Source: Macrostomum lignano
Taxonomy: Eukaryota
Direction of reading: 5' to 3'
Length of the DNA stretch: 64,000 nt
NCBI GenBank assembly: GCA_002269645.1
Contig: NIVC01001585.1
Span: forward strand, 201,421-265,420
Part shown: positions 26,474 through 39,073 of the stretch, in pieces
Layout of the letters: every line of letters begins with the position of its first letter
How positions within the stretch are numbered: position 1 is the stretch's first letter
The notes under the pieces: generated by a model
Told to the model about the DNA's origin: nothing
What the model saw: only the letters and a program-made list of their open reading frames with translations
The model's database searches: none
Program-made: the position numbers and the translations under genes

Positions 26474-27187
26474 GGCCATAGACATAGAGCAGCCACTGAC
26501 TCAGCACTGGCACTCGGCCATGGACATAGAGCAGCCACTGACTCAGCACTGGCACTCGGCCATAGACATAGAGCAGCCACTGACACAGCACTGGCACTCG
26601 ACCATAGACATAGAGCAGCCACTGACTCAGCACTGGCACTCGGCCATAGACATAGAGCAGCCACTGACTCAGCACTGGCACTCGGCCATAGACATAGAGC
26701 AGCCACTGACTCAGCACTGGCACTCGGCCATAGACATCGAGCAGCCACTGACACAGCACTGGCACTCGGCCATAGACATAGAGCAGCCACTGACTCAGCA
26801 CTGGCACTTGGCCATAGACATAGAGCAGCCACTGACTCAGCACTGGCACTCGGCCATAGACATAGAGCAGCCACTGACTCAGCACTGGCACTCGGCCATA
26901 GACATAGAGCAGCCACTGACTCAGCACTGGCACTCGGCCATAGACATAGAGCAGCCACTGACTCAGCACTGGCACTCGGCCATAGACATCGAGCAGCCAC
27001 TGACACAGCACTGGCACTCGGCCATAGACATAGAGCAGCCACTGACTCAGCACTGGCACTCGGCCATAGACATAGAGCAGCCACTGACTCAGCACTGGCA
27101 CTCGGCCATAGACATCGAGCAGCCACTGACACAGCACTGGCACTCGGCCATAGACATAGAGCAGCCACTGACACAGCACTGGCACTC
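26474..27187. repeat. 42-bp minisatellite, about 17 copies
   Basis: Unit GGCCATAGACATAGAGCAGCCACTGACTCAGCACTGGCACTC; no variable spacers. Confidence 0.97.
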
Positions 27188-27737
27188 TATTAGTTACATT
27201 ATAATCAAGTAGAGAGAATTTCAAATCAAATATTCTGACTACAGAACTTCATTTCTAACTGATAAAACTTTGCTTTGTCTGCCAGTATCCAGTTGTGAAC
27301 CAGGCAGAAAAAAACGAAGAAGTGACGGATCAAGATTCGAAGCCATAAGTTCGAAGCAGTTGCCGCATTTAAAGACCAATTCATTCTGTTGCTATTTCTT
27401 AAAACTCTGTCCCCCCGATCCCCGGTAACATTCAGTAAAAATATTTGCTTCACCAAGTTTTCCCTGCGAACCAAAACTTGCTTGCGGCTCCGCGATGTCT
27501 AGAAGAATCCCCGGCCGCGTACCCTGGTCACAGCGATTCCCCGCGGGGGGTCAGAGAACTCGGACAGTTGTTGCACAAATTCGCGCTTGACCACACCGAT
27601 CAATATCTGAGTTGAAAACTGCTTTGAAAAAGTAAAGCGCTATTATCCCGCAAATCTGCGACGGACTGAACACTTGCGCGAGAAAGATTGACATTGAAAT
27701 GTTACGAAGAGAGATAAAATACAGCAGTGTACTATGC

Positions 27738-28010
27738 TGTTTATGAGCGGTGCTGTCTATGAGCGGTGCTGTCTCTGAGTGACTGTGTCTATGAGTGGTG
27801 CTGTCTATGAGCGGTGCTGTCTATGAGCGGTGCTGTCTATGAGCGGTGCTGTCTATGAGCGGTGCTGTCTATGAGCGGTGCTGTCTATGAGCGGTGCTGT
27901 CTATGAGCGGTGCTGTCTATGAGCGGTGCTGTCTATGAGCGGTGCTGTCTATGAGCGGTGCTGTCTATGAGCGGTGCTGTCTATGAGCGGTGCTGTCTAT
28001 GAGCGGTGCT
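27738..28010 (-). repeat. 16-bp minisatellite, inverted relative to 13085-13625
   Basis: ATGAGCGGTGCTGTCT is the reverse complement of AGACAGCACCGCTCAT. Confidence 0.95.
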
Positions 28011-28777
28011 GCTTGTCTAGGATCGATATAGAAGCAGCAAAGCTAAGCAAAAAAGCCAAGAGTATCTACCATACACCATAATGCAAATCAAACCGATAGG
28101 GACAGTCAAAGCAAAAGCGGCAAGTTAAGGAAGACCTCACCGGCAGATTAATTGCCGCGATAAACCACTTTCGTGTGGCATTCCCGCTGCGCCCCAACCC
28201 CCTCATTCAAGACACTTCACACTTCGAAACAGCGGGAGGTCTTGCATTCCACGCTTCCCCCTCGCGCCCGCTTGGGTTCGGTCAAATGGTTTGGTGGACG
28301 CGGGAACACGGAAGCGAGTTAAGTCCTTTGACGACATAGATATCTTTTGCTATGCGACAGCAGATGCTGGTCGGCTTGGCTCTCACACTTTCTGCCGCAA
28401 CTCCACTTACAGCTGCTGTTGTCAATTTTTCTTCTTTTCCTTCGGCTGGTTCCGCATAGCGAAAGCAGACAGAGAAGGAAGAGAAAACACAATCTAATGC
28501 TGACCCACGATTTCAACACCAACGTTTGTTGACCTGCGGGTTAGCTTTGGCCATTTGTCTGGCTGGAATCTCTGCGCGGGGGGCGGATAAAGACTGCGGA
28601 TTGTATGGCGAAGTATTGGACAAGAGGTTCAACTGTCGGAATAACAACTGGGGGCGGGGCAGCGTAAGGGGGCGAGAATGATCACAACGGGTGTCAATTC
28701 TTTGCGTGGCGGACTGTTGATTGATTGGTGTTGACGTAGGTGAACTGGGATAATGGAACTGGCTTTTCATCTGAGGT

Positions 28778-29125
28778 CTATGAGCGATGCTGTCTATGAG
28801 CGGTGCTGTCTATGAGCGGTTCTGTCTATGAGCGGTGCTGTCTATGAGCGGTGCTGTCTTTGAGCGGTGCTGTCTATGAGCGGTGCTGTCTATGAGCGGT
28901 GCTGTCTATGAGCGGTGCCTATGAGCGGTGTCTATGAGCGATGCTGTCTATGAGCGATGCTGTCTATGAGCGGTGCTGTCTATGAGCGGTGCTGTCTATG
29001 AGCGGGGCTGTCTATGAGCGGTGCTGTCTATGAGCGGTGCTGTCTATGAGCGGTGCTGTCTATGAGCGGTGCTGTCTATGAGCGGTGCTATCTATGAGTG
29101 AGACTGGTTATGAGCGATGCTGTCC
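28778..29125 (-). repeat. 16-bp minisatellite, inverted relative to 13085-13625
   Basis: Same ATGAGCGGTGCTGTCT unit. Confidence 0.95.
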
Positions 29126-29652
29126 ATGAGCGATTCTGTCTGTCACAATGAGCTGTGCTGTCTGTCTGAGTGATGTTAACCATGTTTCCGTAAATAAAAT
29201 GCATTATTTTAGCTTTTTTATCGAATAATACAAGAATATCGTAGGTTTATTCATCAGTTAGTAGCCAGTGTAGCAAATTTGCTTTAAAATTAAAACAGAG
29301 GATTGGCAAAACCCGGGCTATATGTAGCCAGCCATAAAGCATTTACCGCCCACACTCCCGACACGCGAGACCAGCAGGAAGCAGCGAGCTCAGCCCAATC
29401 GGGGGGTGGTCAGAAATATTGATTTGTGGGATCAACTGCTCGCAGCAAAGCCTTTATTTCACCCTCTCTCTCTTTCTTCCCAAAGTCCGGGACTGCAACG
29501 TACGGGGTTGGCAATTTTACGCCTTCCAACCCCAATATCAAACTCACCTCCCTGATCCAAGGAGCAAAATAAAGGCGTTGCTACTCAAAGTTTTGGCTAC
29601 TCAAAGCAACTGCTGTCAAATCCTGCTGTTGAAAAACCAGACTTTGCAGCAA

Positions 29653-32206
29653 ATGATGGCTGAGATGCCGCCGGAATTGAATCTCGATCAGAAGCAGGCC
29701 AAGAAGCAGCCTCAGCAGCAGCAGCAGCAGCAACAGCTTCTGCTGCAGGGACGACTTTTTCGATTGTTACGCAATGATGGAGTGCAGATTCTGCTGCCAG
29801 TAATGCTGGACAGGGTGCCGCAGCACATCGCTGTGCGGTGAGGCCGTGCAGTGATTCTAGCATCTCCCCACTCTCCCATCTCCCCACTCTCCCATCTCCC
29901 CACTCTCCCATCTCCCCACTCTCCCATCTCCCCACTCTCCCATCTCCCCTTCTCTCCCATCTTCCTTCTTTCCCATCTCATTCTCTCGCATCTCTATTCT
30001 CTCGCATCTCCCTTCTCTCCCATCTCCCTTCTCTCCCATCTCTCTTCTCTCCCATCTCTCTTCTCTCCCATCTCTCTTCTCTCCCATCTCCCATCTCTCC
30101 TCACTCTCCCATCTCCCTTCTCTCCCATCTCCTTTCTCTCCCATCTTTCCTCTCCCATCTCTATTCTCTACCATCTCCCTTCTCTCCCATCTCTATTCTC
30201 TACCATCTCCCTTCTCTCCCATCTCCCTTCTCTCCCATCTCCCTTCTCTCCCCACTCTCCCATCTCATTCTCTCCCATCTCCCCTTCTCTAACATCTCCA
30301 CTCTTCTCCCATCTCCCCTTCTCTCCTATCTCTCTTCTCTCCCATCTCTCTTCTTTCCTATCTCTCTTCTTTCCCATCTTCCTTCTTTCCCATCTCATTC
30401 TCTCGCATCTCTCTTCTCTCCCATCTACCTTCTCTCCCATCTCTCTTCTCTCCCATCTCTCTTTTCTCCCATCTCTATTCTCTCCCATCTCCCTTCTCTC
30501 CGCACTCTCCCATCTTCCTTCTTTCCCATCTCATTCTCTCCCATCTCCCCTTCTCTAACATCTCCACTTTTCTCCCATCTCCCCTTCTCTCCTATCTCAA
30601 TTCTTTCCCATTTTCTCACATCCTCCCAAATGAATCCTGAGTTCAACATCGCACCCAAAATCCCCAATCAACTGCAGCCGCCTCGGCCCCTGGCAGGTGC
30701 CCTGCCTGCAGGTGATCACCGACGCGTCACCGGCGCTGCAATTCGGCGACCTCATACTGGAGTGGTGCGGAGTCCAGTGCCTGGACAGGGCAGACAACTA
30801 TCACGAGTTTCTCACCCGGCTCGTATCGGCCGGTCACAAGGCTCTGGCCGGCGGTCGCCAGCTGCCCGTCGTGGTGCTCCGCTGGCAGCCGGGGCCGCTG
30901 CACGAACTCGCTGACCGGCTGCTGATGGACGGCGCCGAACGGCAGGTCGACGCGCTCAGCTTCCGGTTGGACAGCCTGGCAGAGCGACGTGGCGGCGGCG
31001 GTGGCGGCGGCGGCATTGACGGAAGATTGAGCGTCCGGACGGCTCCCGCGGCACTGGCGTCGGACCCTGCGGCTTCAGGGTTGAAGCCGACGACGTTGAT
31101 GACCGAGGCAGGCGATACCCGAGATGACTCGGTGGCTGATGAGGTTAGAAGTGTTTGGGTTCTTTTAAACTGGAATCGTGATGTCCGGAATGATTTGTGT
31201 CTGGAACTGTGATGTCCGGAATGATTTGTGTCTGAAATTGTGATGTCCGGAATGATTTGTGTCTGGAAGTGTGATGTCCGGAATGATTTGTTTCTGGAAG
31301 TGTGATGTCCGGAATGATTTGTTTCTGGAAGTGTGATGTCCGGAATGATTTGTTTCTGGAAGTGTGATGTCCGGAATGATTTGTGTCTGGAAATGTGATG
31401 TCCGGAATGATTTGTTTCTGGAAATGTGATGTCCGGAATGATTTGTGTCTGGAAGTGTGATGTCTGGAAATGTGATGTCCGGAATGATTTGTGTCTGGAA
31501 GTGTGATGTCCGGAATGATTTGTGTCTGGAAATGTGATGTCCGAAATGATTCCGGAAAGTATAGGGTATCGAGTATCGGGAATCGGGTATCGGGAATCGG
31601 GTATCGGGTATCGGGAATCGGGAATCGGGTATCAGGAATCGAGTATCAGGAATCGGGTATTGGGAATCGGGTATTGGGAATCGGGTATCGGGAATCGGGA
31701 ATCGGGTATCAGGAATCGAGTATCAGGAATCGGGTATTGGGAATCGGGTATTGGGAATCGGGTATCGGGAATCGGGTATCGGGTATCGGGTATCGGGAAT
31801 CGGGTATCGGGAATCGGGTATCGGGTATCGGGTATCGGGAATTGAGTATCAGGTATCGGGAATCGGGTATCGAGTAAATGACTTCCATTGTGCAAGGCAT
31901 CAGTAACTTGGCGCCATTTGCTCGGCACAGCAGGAGGCGCCGTGTCGCAGGTGCGCTCAGCGACATCGCAGTCTGCAAGCCCTACTAGAAGAGAAAAATC
32001 GTCGAATAATTCGATTAGAATGCGCCCTCAGACTGCAGCGCCAGTTGCTCACTGCTCGATCGTCGGCGGCGGCGGCGAACGCAGAGCTTGTCAATCTCAT
32101 ACTGGAGGAGGCGCCACGACTGCTCGACTCGGCCGGTCAGCGACTGCGTCGACGCCTGGAACTCGAGCCGTCCGAGCCAGCTGCTGGCAGCGCCAGACGG
32201 CATTGA
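29653..32206 (+). CDS. PDZ-like domain plus C-terminal coiled-coil protein (about 308 aa)
   Basis: join(29653-29837,30678-31143,31931-32206); phases 2 and 0 are consistent and the total 927 nt is open. Contains a polyQ N-terminus, [28 protein letters not shown] (PDZ-like SPA..L..GD.ILEW.G) and [26 protein letters not shown] (helical). Confidence 0.65.
29862..30622. repeat. CT-rich degenerate repeat (CTCTCCCATCT) in intron
   Basis: Pyrimidine-rich low-complexity tract. Confidence 0.9.
31177..31558. repeat. 31-bp minisatellite in intron
   Basis: Unit TGTGATGTCCGGAATGATTTGTGTCTGGAAG. Confidence 0.93.
31562..31874. repeat. 7/14-bp repeat (GGGAATCGGGTATC) in intron
   Basis: Abuts the 31-bp array. 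Confidence 0.9.
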
Positions 32207-32389
32207 ATATAATATAATCTGGTTCCGTGATTAAAAATGCCGCCTTTTTTCTGATTGGCTGCAAATAGTTTCAATATGATGTAAAGCAATGTACATTTGA
32301 GAATGTAGTTAAGATGAAAGGACCCGTAGCCTTCCCCCCATTAAGTCCAAGATAATGTACAGTCTCTCGACTAAATTCGAGGAAACTTA

Positions 32390-32603
32390 ATTTTACGAAC
32401 CTTTAGCCTCTCCTGAATTCATGCAGTTTATAATGATGTACATTATTTAGATTGAATGTGGGGCAGGAATTTTACGACCCATAGGCTCTCCCGAATTCAG
32501 TTTATAGTGATGTACATTCTTATGATTGAATGTGGGGCAGGAATTTTACGACCCATAGGCTCCCCTGAATTCAGTTTACATGTATAGTGATGTACATTCT
32601 TTA
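32390..32603. repeat. About 78-bp unit, roughly 3 imperfect tandem copies
   Basis: TTTTACGACCCATAGGCTC...GAATTCAGTTTATAGTGATGTACATT...GATTGAATGTGGGGCAGGAA repeated. Confidence 0.8.
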
Positions 32604-33496
32604 GCAGTTAGCAATTTTACAAGCGTACGATGAAAGAGAGCCTCCATAGCTTCCTCCCTTATCTTAGAAGCTTCCCATATACTAAAAATGAGTTTAAGTT
32701 GTTTACAACCGGCGTATAGTGTAAAGCTATATCTACTTCAAGTCTTGAAATCTGCGAGCGTATAAAGTAGCTAGTACTCGTAATATTTCTATCCTAGTAA
32801 TATCCTGATGAAACTTATCGATGCTCAAGCAGATATTATGTGTAGTTCATTTATGTATAGTATACATGCACTAACTTGGATAATTGCCAAGCAATATTTA
32901 TTTCCTTTTAATTAAACTTGTACTTCGAATCGACAATTGTACTTTGTCATATTATTATTTAGAATTAGATTTTTGATTGCTTACTGTTGATTAAGATTAA
33001 TAAATTCACATATTTATGTAGCTTACTAAATCATCGTGCTACTTCAAGTAGAATATTGAGCTTAATAGCTCGCATACCGAGAGAGTAGGGCAAATAGAAG
33101 TGAGCAAACTAGACAACAGTTGATCAGCTCTAACCCATTGTATCTGGTGTATGTTATTTAGAAGATGCACCTATTTAGGGTGAGAGCATAATCAAGCGGC
33201 TACACTAACACGACTCAGAAGAATGAATGGAAGGCACAGACAATTTAAACACAGATGCACACACGCAGACACTTGCGAATCTCTCGAACTGCAGGACAGC
33301 TAAGCGCCCCAGCAGTTATAGTTGCTAACCCCCTAAGTACAAAAGCAAGCTCAAGCTACTCCAAGCCAGACCCCTAATAATTATATATGAACTCTCGAGT
33401 TCTATGCAAAACAGATAGAGAGATTTCTGGTTTAAAGACTTTAGTCAAATAAAATAGCTGCGTCTTGCCTGCAGTTGTGCATTACCCACACCGCTA

Positions 33497-36400
33497 ATGC
33501 CCTGGCGACCGCCGCAGCAACAGAAGCTGGTCTATACGGCTCTGCATCAGGCTGTGCTGGACTGCCGGCCTGACCAAGTGCGACTGCTGGTTGAGCGCTG
33601 CGATGCCAGTGTTGATAGTCAGGAGGTGAGCCAGCGGTTCTATGCGTTATGCCCTTTTTGGGATGATGATTTTCAAACAGGTGGCAACAGTGTCTGTAGT
33701 GTAAGTGGGTTGTCATATTAACAGGTTACACCAGTGTCTGTAGTGTAAGTGGGTTGTCATATTAACAGGTCACACCAGTGTTTGTAGTGTAAGTGGGTTG
33801 TCATATTAACAGGTCACACCAGTGTCTGTAGTGTTAGTGGGTTGTCATATTAACAGGTTACACCAGTGTCTGTAGTGTAAGTGGGTTGTCATATTAACAG
33901 GTCACACCAGTGTTTGTAGTGTAAGTGGGTTGTCATATTAACAGGTCACACCAGTGTCTGTAGTGTTAGTGGGTTGTCATATTAACAGGTTACACCAGTG
34001 TCTGTAGTGTAAGTGGGTTGTCATATTAACAGGTCACACCAGTGTTTGTAGTGTAAGTGGGTTGTCATATTAACAGGTCACACCAGTGTCTGTAGTGTTA
34101 GTGGGTTGTCATATTAACAGGTCACACCAGTGTCTGTAGTGTAAGTCGATTGTCATATTAACAGGTTACACCAGTGTCTGTAGTGTAAGTCGATTGTCAT
34201 ATTAACAGGTCGCACCAGTGTTTGTAGTGTAAGTGGGTTGTCATATTAACAGGTCACACCAGTGTCTGTAGTGTTAGTGGGTTGTCATATTAACAGGTCA
34301 CACCAGTGTCTGTAGTGTAAGTCGATTGTCATATTAACAGGTCGCACCAGTGTCTGTAGTGTAAGTACGTCATCCCAACAGGTCACACCAGTGTCTGTAG
34401 TGTAAGTACGTCATCCCAACAGGTCACACCAGTGTCTGTAGTGTAAGTCGATTGTCATATTAACAGCTCACACCAGTGTCTGTAGTGTAAGTACGTCATC
34501 CCAACAGGTATTGTAATATCAACGCGTCATCTTCATTCAATCCTACCAGGTGTTTGGCCGGACGCCACTAATGCTCTGCTGCCTGCTCGACTGTCAGCCC
34601 GTTGCCATGGCGATAGCCAGAGCTTTGCTAAAAGCCGGACCAGATCTTGAACTCAAAGACAACCTTGGCCGCACCGCTTTGGGCTACGCTTGCATCTACG
34701 GCCGAGAGGCTCTGGTGCTGCATATGGCTCGCACTCAGGTGACCTCGCACAGCGAATTAATTCCTGTTTCATTTATCATCAATTGACTTCTCAACTCGTA
34801 AACATCTCCAAGAGTATAGAAAGAACACGGCCAAGGGAATAAGGGTGCAACAACTTTCGTAAGCAACTAACTGTATAAAATAAGCATGAAGGGTGCAACT
34901 ACAGATGCACACACATAAGCATGAAGGGTGCAACTAGATGCACACACATAAGCATGAAGGGTGCAACTATATGCACACACATAAGCATGAAGGGTGCAAC
35001 TAGATGCATACACATAAGCATGAAGGGTGCAACTAGATGCATACACATAAGCATGAAGGGTGCAACTAGATGCACACACATAAGCATGAAGGGTGCAACT
35101 ATATGCACACACATAAGCATGAAGGGTGCAACTAGATGCATACACATAAGCATGAAGGGTGCAACTAGATGCATACACATAAGCATGAAGGGTGCAACTA
35201 GATGCATACACATAAGCATGAAGGGTGCAACTAGATGCATACACATAAGCATGAAGGGTGCAACTAGATGCATACACATAAGCATGAAGGGTGCAACTAG
35301 ATGCATACACATAAGCATGAAGGGTGCAACTAGATGCATACACATAAGCATGAAGGGTGCAACTAGATGCATACACATAAGCATGAAGGGTGCAACTAGA
35401 TGCATACACATAAGCATGAAGGGTGCAACTAGATGCATACACATAAGCATGAAGGGTGCAACTAGATGCATACACATAAGCATGAAGGGTGCAACTACAG
35501 ATGCATACACATAAGCATGAAGGGTGCAACTACAGATGCTTACACATAAGCATGAAGGGTGCAACTACAGATGCTTACACATAAGCATGAAGGGTGCAAC
35601 TACAGATGCATACACATAAGCATGAAGGGTGCAACTACAGATGCTTACACATAAGCATGAAGGGTGCAACTACAGATGCTTACACATAAGCATGAAGGGT
35701 GCAACTACAGATGCATACACATAAGCATGAAGGGTGCAACTACAGATGCATACATATAAGCATGAAGGGTGCAACTACAGATGCATACACATAAGCATGA
35801 AGGGTGCAACTAGATGCATACACATAAGCATGAAGGGTGCAACTAGATGCATACACATAAGCATGAAGGGTGCAACTAGATGCATACACATAAGCATGAA
35901 GGGTGCAACTACATGCATACACATAAGCATGAAGGGTGCAACTACAGATGCATACACATAAGCATGAAGGGTGCAACTACAGATGCATACACATAAGCAT
36001 GAAGGGTGCAACTACAGATGCATACACATAAGCATGAAGGGTGCAACTACAGATGCATACACATAAGCATGAAGGGTGCAACTAGATGCTTACACATAAG
36101 CATGAAGGGTGCAACTAGATGCATACACATAAGCATGAAGGGTGCAACTACAGATGCATACACATAAGCATGAAGGGTGCAACTACAGATGCATACACAT
36201 CAGCATGAAGGGTGCAAATAGATGCATACACATAAGCATGAAGGGTGCAACTACAGATGCATACACATAAGCATGAAGGGTGCAACTAGATGCATACACA
36301 TAAGCATGAAGGGTGCAACTACAGATGCATACACATAAGCATGAAGGGTGCAACTACAGATGCTTACACATAAGCATGAAGGGTGCAACTACAGATGCAT

Positions 36401-38343
36401 ACACATAAGCATGAAGGGTGCAACTAGCTCGTACATGCATACACCAAGGACTAATTAAGTAGACCTTTATATATACGTTACTTTAGTCGTCCTTGACATA
36501 AACGTAAGCACGAAGCAACAATTTTGCCTATAGTTACCATAACTGACTTTGCTATCCCAACTGCACAGGTTCTGGACCCAACTGAGCCAGACAATGACGG
36601 TTGCACTCCGCTGCACCACGCCGCAGTGCAGGGCAACCCGCGCATCACGTGCGTCCTGGTCGACCTCGCCCTGGAGAACCGGTCCACGGTGGACTGCCGC
36701 AACCGGCTCGGCCTGACACCGCTGATGCTGGCCTGCCAGAGTGGCAACTGCCGTGCAGGACTCTACCTGCTCCTGAACGGCTGCGCCTCAGCCTACCTGC
36801 GTGACAATTCCTGCTTCCTGAGCGCTCTGGACTGGCTGGAGAGGAGCGGCAGCGGCAGCAGGACGGCGGCTAGAAAAGCCGAGGAAGTTCGACGAATCTA
36901 CACTGCCGGCGCTGTGCGACCCAGGTGCGTGTGTCGAAATTTCGCAGCGCTAAAAATTCACTTCCGTTCTCTCACAACTTGAACACTTTTGACTCTGTGA
37001 TCCCTTGAAGTCTCAAGGTTGTGCAACGCCCACCCCCTGTCCGCACGCAAAACTTGCCTGCTCTAGAGAAAGCTATTATCAAGCACGGGACCTTTGGACA
37101 CAGCTGACTCTACATTTAAATCCGACGTTGACCACGAATCCAAGGTTTTACCCCCAAAACGCCATGGATCTCTAAGAGTAGCTGGGTTGGAAATGAAACT
37201 CAGTACAAGGACGTTTAGTTGACCAAACAGTTTAATGTGTTTTCTATTGCTCACTACTAATTAGTTGATTATCGCTTCTAACCGCTCCGTAGGATTTCTT
37301 CTCAGCAGCGCCAGCACGAGCACTGGCACCGGCACCAGCAGCCAGAGTTCACCTACCGCCAACTGCACAGTGCCAGGTCATCGACCACTTCCGTGTCGTC
37401 AAGGCGTCGTCGACACGACGATCAACGGGTGTCCACGACAGGGCCAGCTGCTGCCACCAATGCTGACGACTCTCTGCCTCGGCTGGCGGTGCCAACTCCG
37501 CCGACGACTCCGGCGTCAACTATTACTGTAGGCGCGCCGCTCGACACGGGACGTCGACCATCAATTGACGATCCGTTGCGGTCGGAGAGGACCCGACTGC
37601 GCCCGCGTCCAGCCACTGTCAGCGCCTTTCGCGTGCAGTTTTTGGTTGACGATGACCAGCTGGAGAACGGCGCAAAGCCGGTGGCTGACGCGGCGAACGT
37701 CGGCTACGGTGGAAACGATGGCAAAATTGTCAGCGTCGACGTTGACGCACTGACGGAGCAGGCGGCCCGACGGCTGCTGGCGCGTCGCCTTCGGGCTCAG
37801 GCTGCTCAGTACAGCTACTTGGGCGGCGGCGAAGGAGGAGCCAATGGGGGCGCGAACTCCCGACTGTCCTCTGCGGCGTCGATCGCCTCGTTTGCCACTG
37901 TGAATCGACAGCGACGACCAGTGACGTCTTCTGCTGCCTACGGTGGCTCAGCGTCGAGTGCCCGCGGTGGATGCAGCAGCAGCGAGGTGGCGAATGCCTG
38001 CCGCCTGCTGCAGATGCTGCACGACGCCAGGACGGCGCCACCGCCGGCGACGCAGCTCAGCCAGTCCGCTGCTGCAGCCGCCGCCGCCGCTGTCGCCGCC
38101 GCTGTGGCAGCCGGGTCGTCTCGATCGTCTGGAGGCTCGGCGTCGGCTTCACGGACCGCCTCCGTCGCCGGGTCGCGACGGCAGAGCCAGACTGTTGCGC
38201 CATTGTCCGCAGAGGCAGCCGCAATGGCCGCTTGTGCTGCCGCGAGCAAGTTGTCGCTGGCTGCTGCAGCTGTGCCGAGGGACAACGCGGCCAGCCCGAA
38301 GGAACGACGGAGCGTCACCTTTAAGGAGCCGCAGGCGAAGTGA
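33497..38343 (+). CDS. Ankyrin-repeat protein with long low-complexity tail (ANKRD34/ANKRD63-like architecture)
   Basis: join(33497-33625,34550-34738,36569-36924,37293-38343); phases 0,0,2 are consistent. Ankyrin motifs TALHQAV, GRTPLML, GRTALGYAC, GCTPLHHAA, GLTPLMLAC; the protein ends RRSVTFKEPQAK. Confidence 0.85.
33677..34508. repeat. 44-bp minisatellite in intron, about 19 copies
   Basis: Unit ACAGGTCACACCAGTGTCTGTAGTGTAAGTGGGTTGTCATATTA. Confidence 0.96.
34883..36427. repeat. 33/35-bp minisatellite in intron
   Basis: Unit AAGCATGAAGGGTGCAACTA[CA]GATGCATACACAT. Confidence 0.97.
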
Positions 38344-39073
38344 AAAATGATGACATACTTGTAAAACAGACAATGAAAAAAATTCTTTGCTACTGTTTCA
38401 TTGGTTTCAATGAAATGAAAGAATCAGTTTCATTGGAAATATCTTTGCTTAATTGCTCGAAAGTTGCCCTAACGTCCAAAAAATTGAGTGTATTTTTTCT
38501 ACTAGCTTAAAAATAAAAAAGTTGCTTCAGGTTAACTTTTCCCAAATTCGTACACGCTTGGATTTTGTGTTTCAAAACTTAAATTTAATGATTTTAGACT
38601 TTTAGAATTGGGTATTGGAATGAATTAACAAACAGCAATAGGCCCTTTAAATTCATACACTCAATCTTGTGCTTTAAGTTGGGTTCCTCATCAGACTCGA
38701 AGAGCGGAAGATCTTAAAATAAAACTTGCAATATCCGGCCATAGACAATTACACAGAGCGTAGAGACAACCAGCAGAGTTGAAAATCAGCCGAATGCATC
38801 CTCGAGTGCTATTCAAATTTAGAACGCAGTCAAGAAAGGACCTAGAAAGAATTCTGTTGCCTTCAGAGCATAGCAATGAGCAGAGAATCTCTTGCAAACT
38901 CTGGCAAAGTATTAGCATTCTATTGGTCATATTGAAATCTGCTGAACAAAAACTATATAGTCAAAAAGTTGCACTAATCTTGATAAGTTAAAACGCTGGC
39001 TGAAGCAGGCAAAGATGAGGCTGATTTCAAGTCAGTATCATCAGCTACTAAGCAACACGTGACTAATGTTTCG

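Noticed and set aside
26474-27187. Regular 42-bp (and 44, 51, 57-bp) arrays as CRISPR
   Set aside because: Units are head-to-tail with no unique spacers, there are no cas genes, and the context is eukaryotic.
32015-32203. Minus-strand 62-aa ORF
   Set aside because: It is the antisense shadow of exon 3 of the PDZ-like gene, whose plus frame has a proper acceptor and phase.
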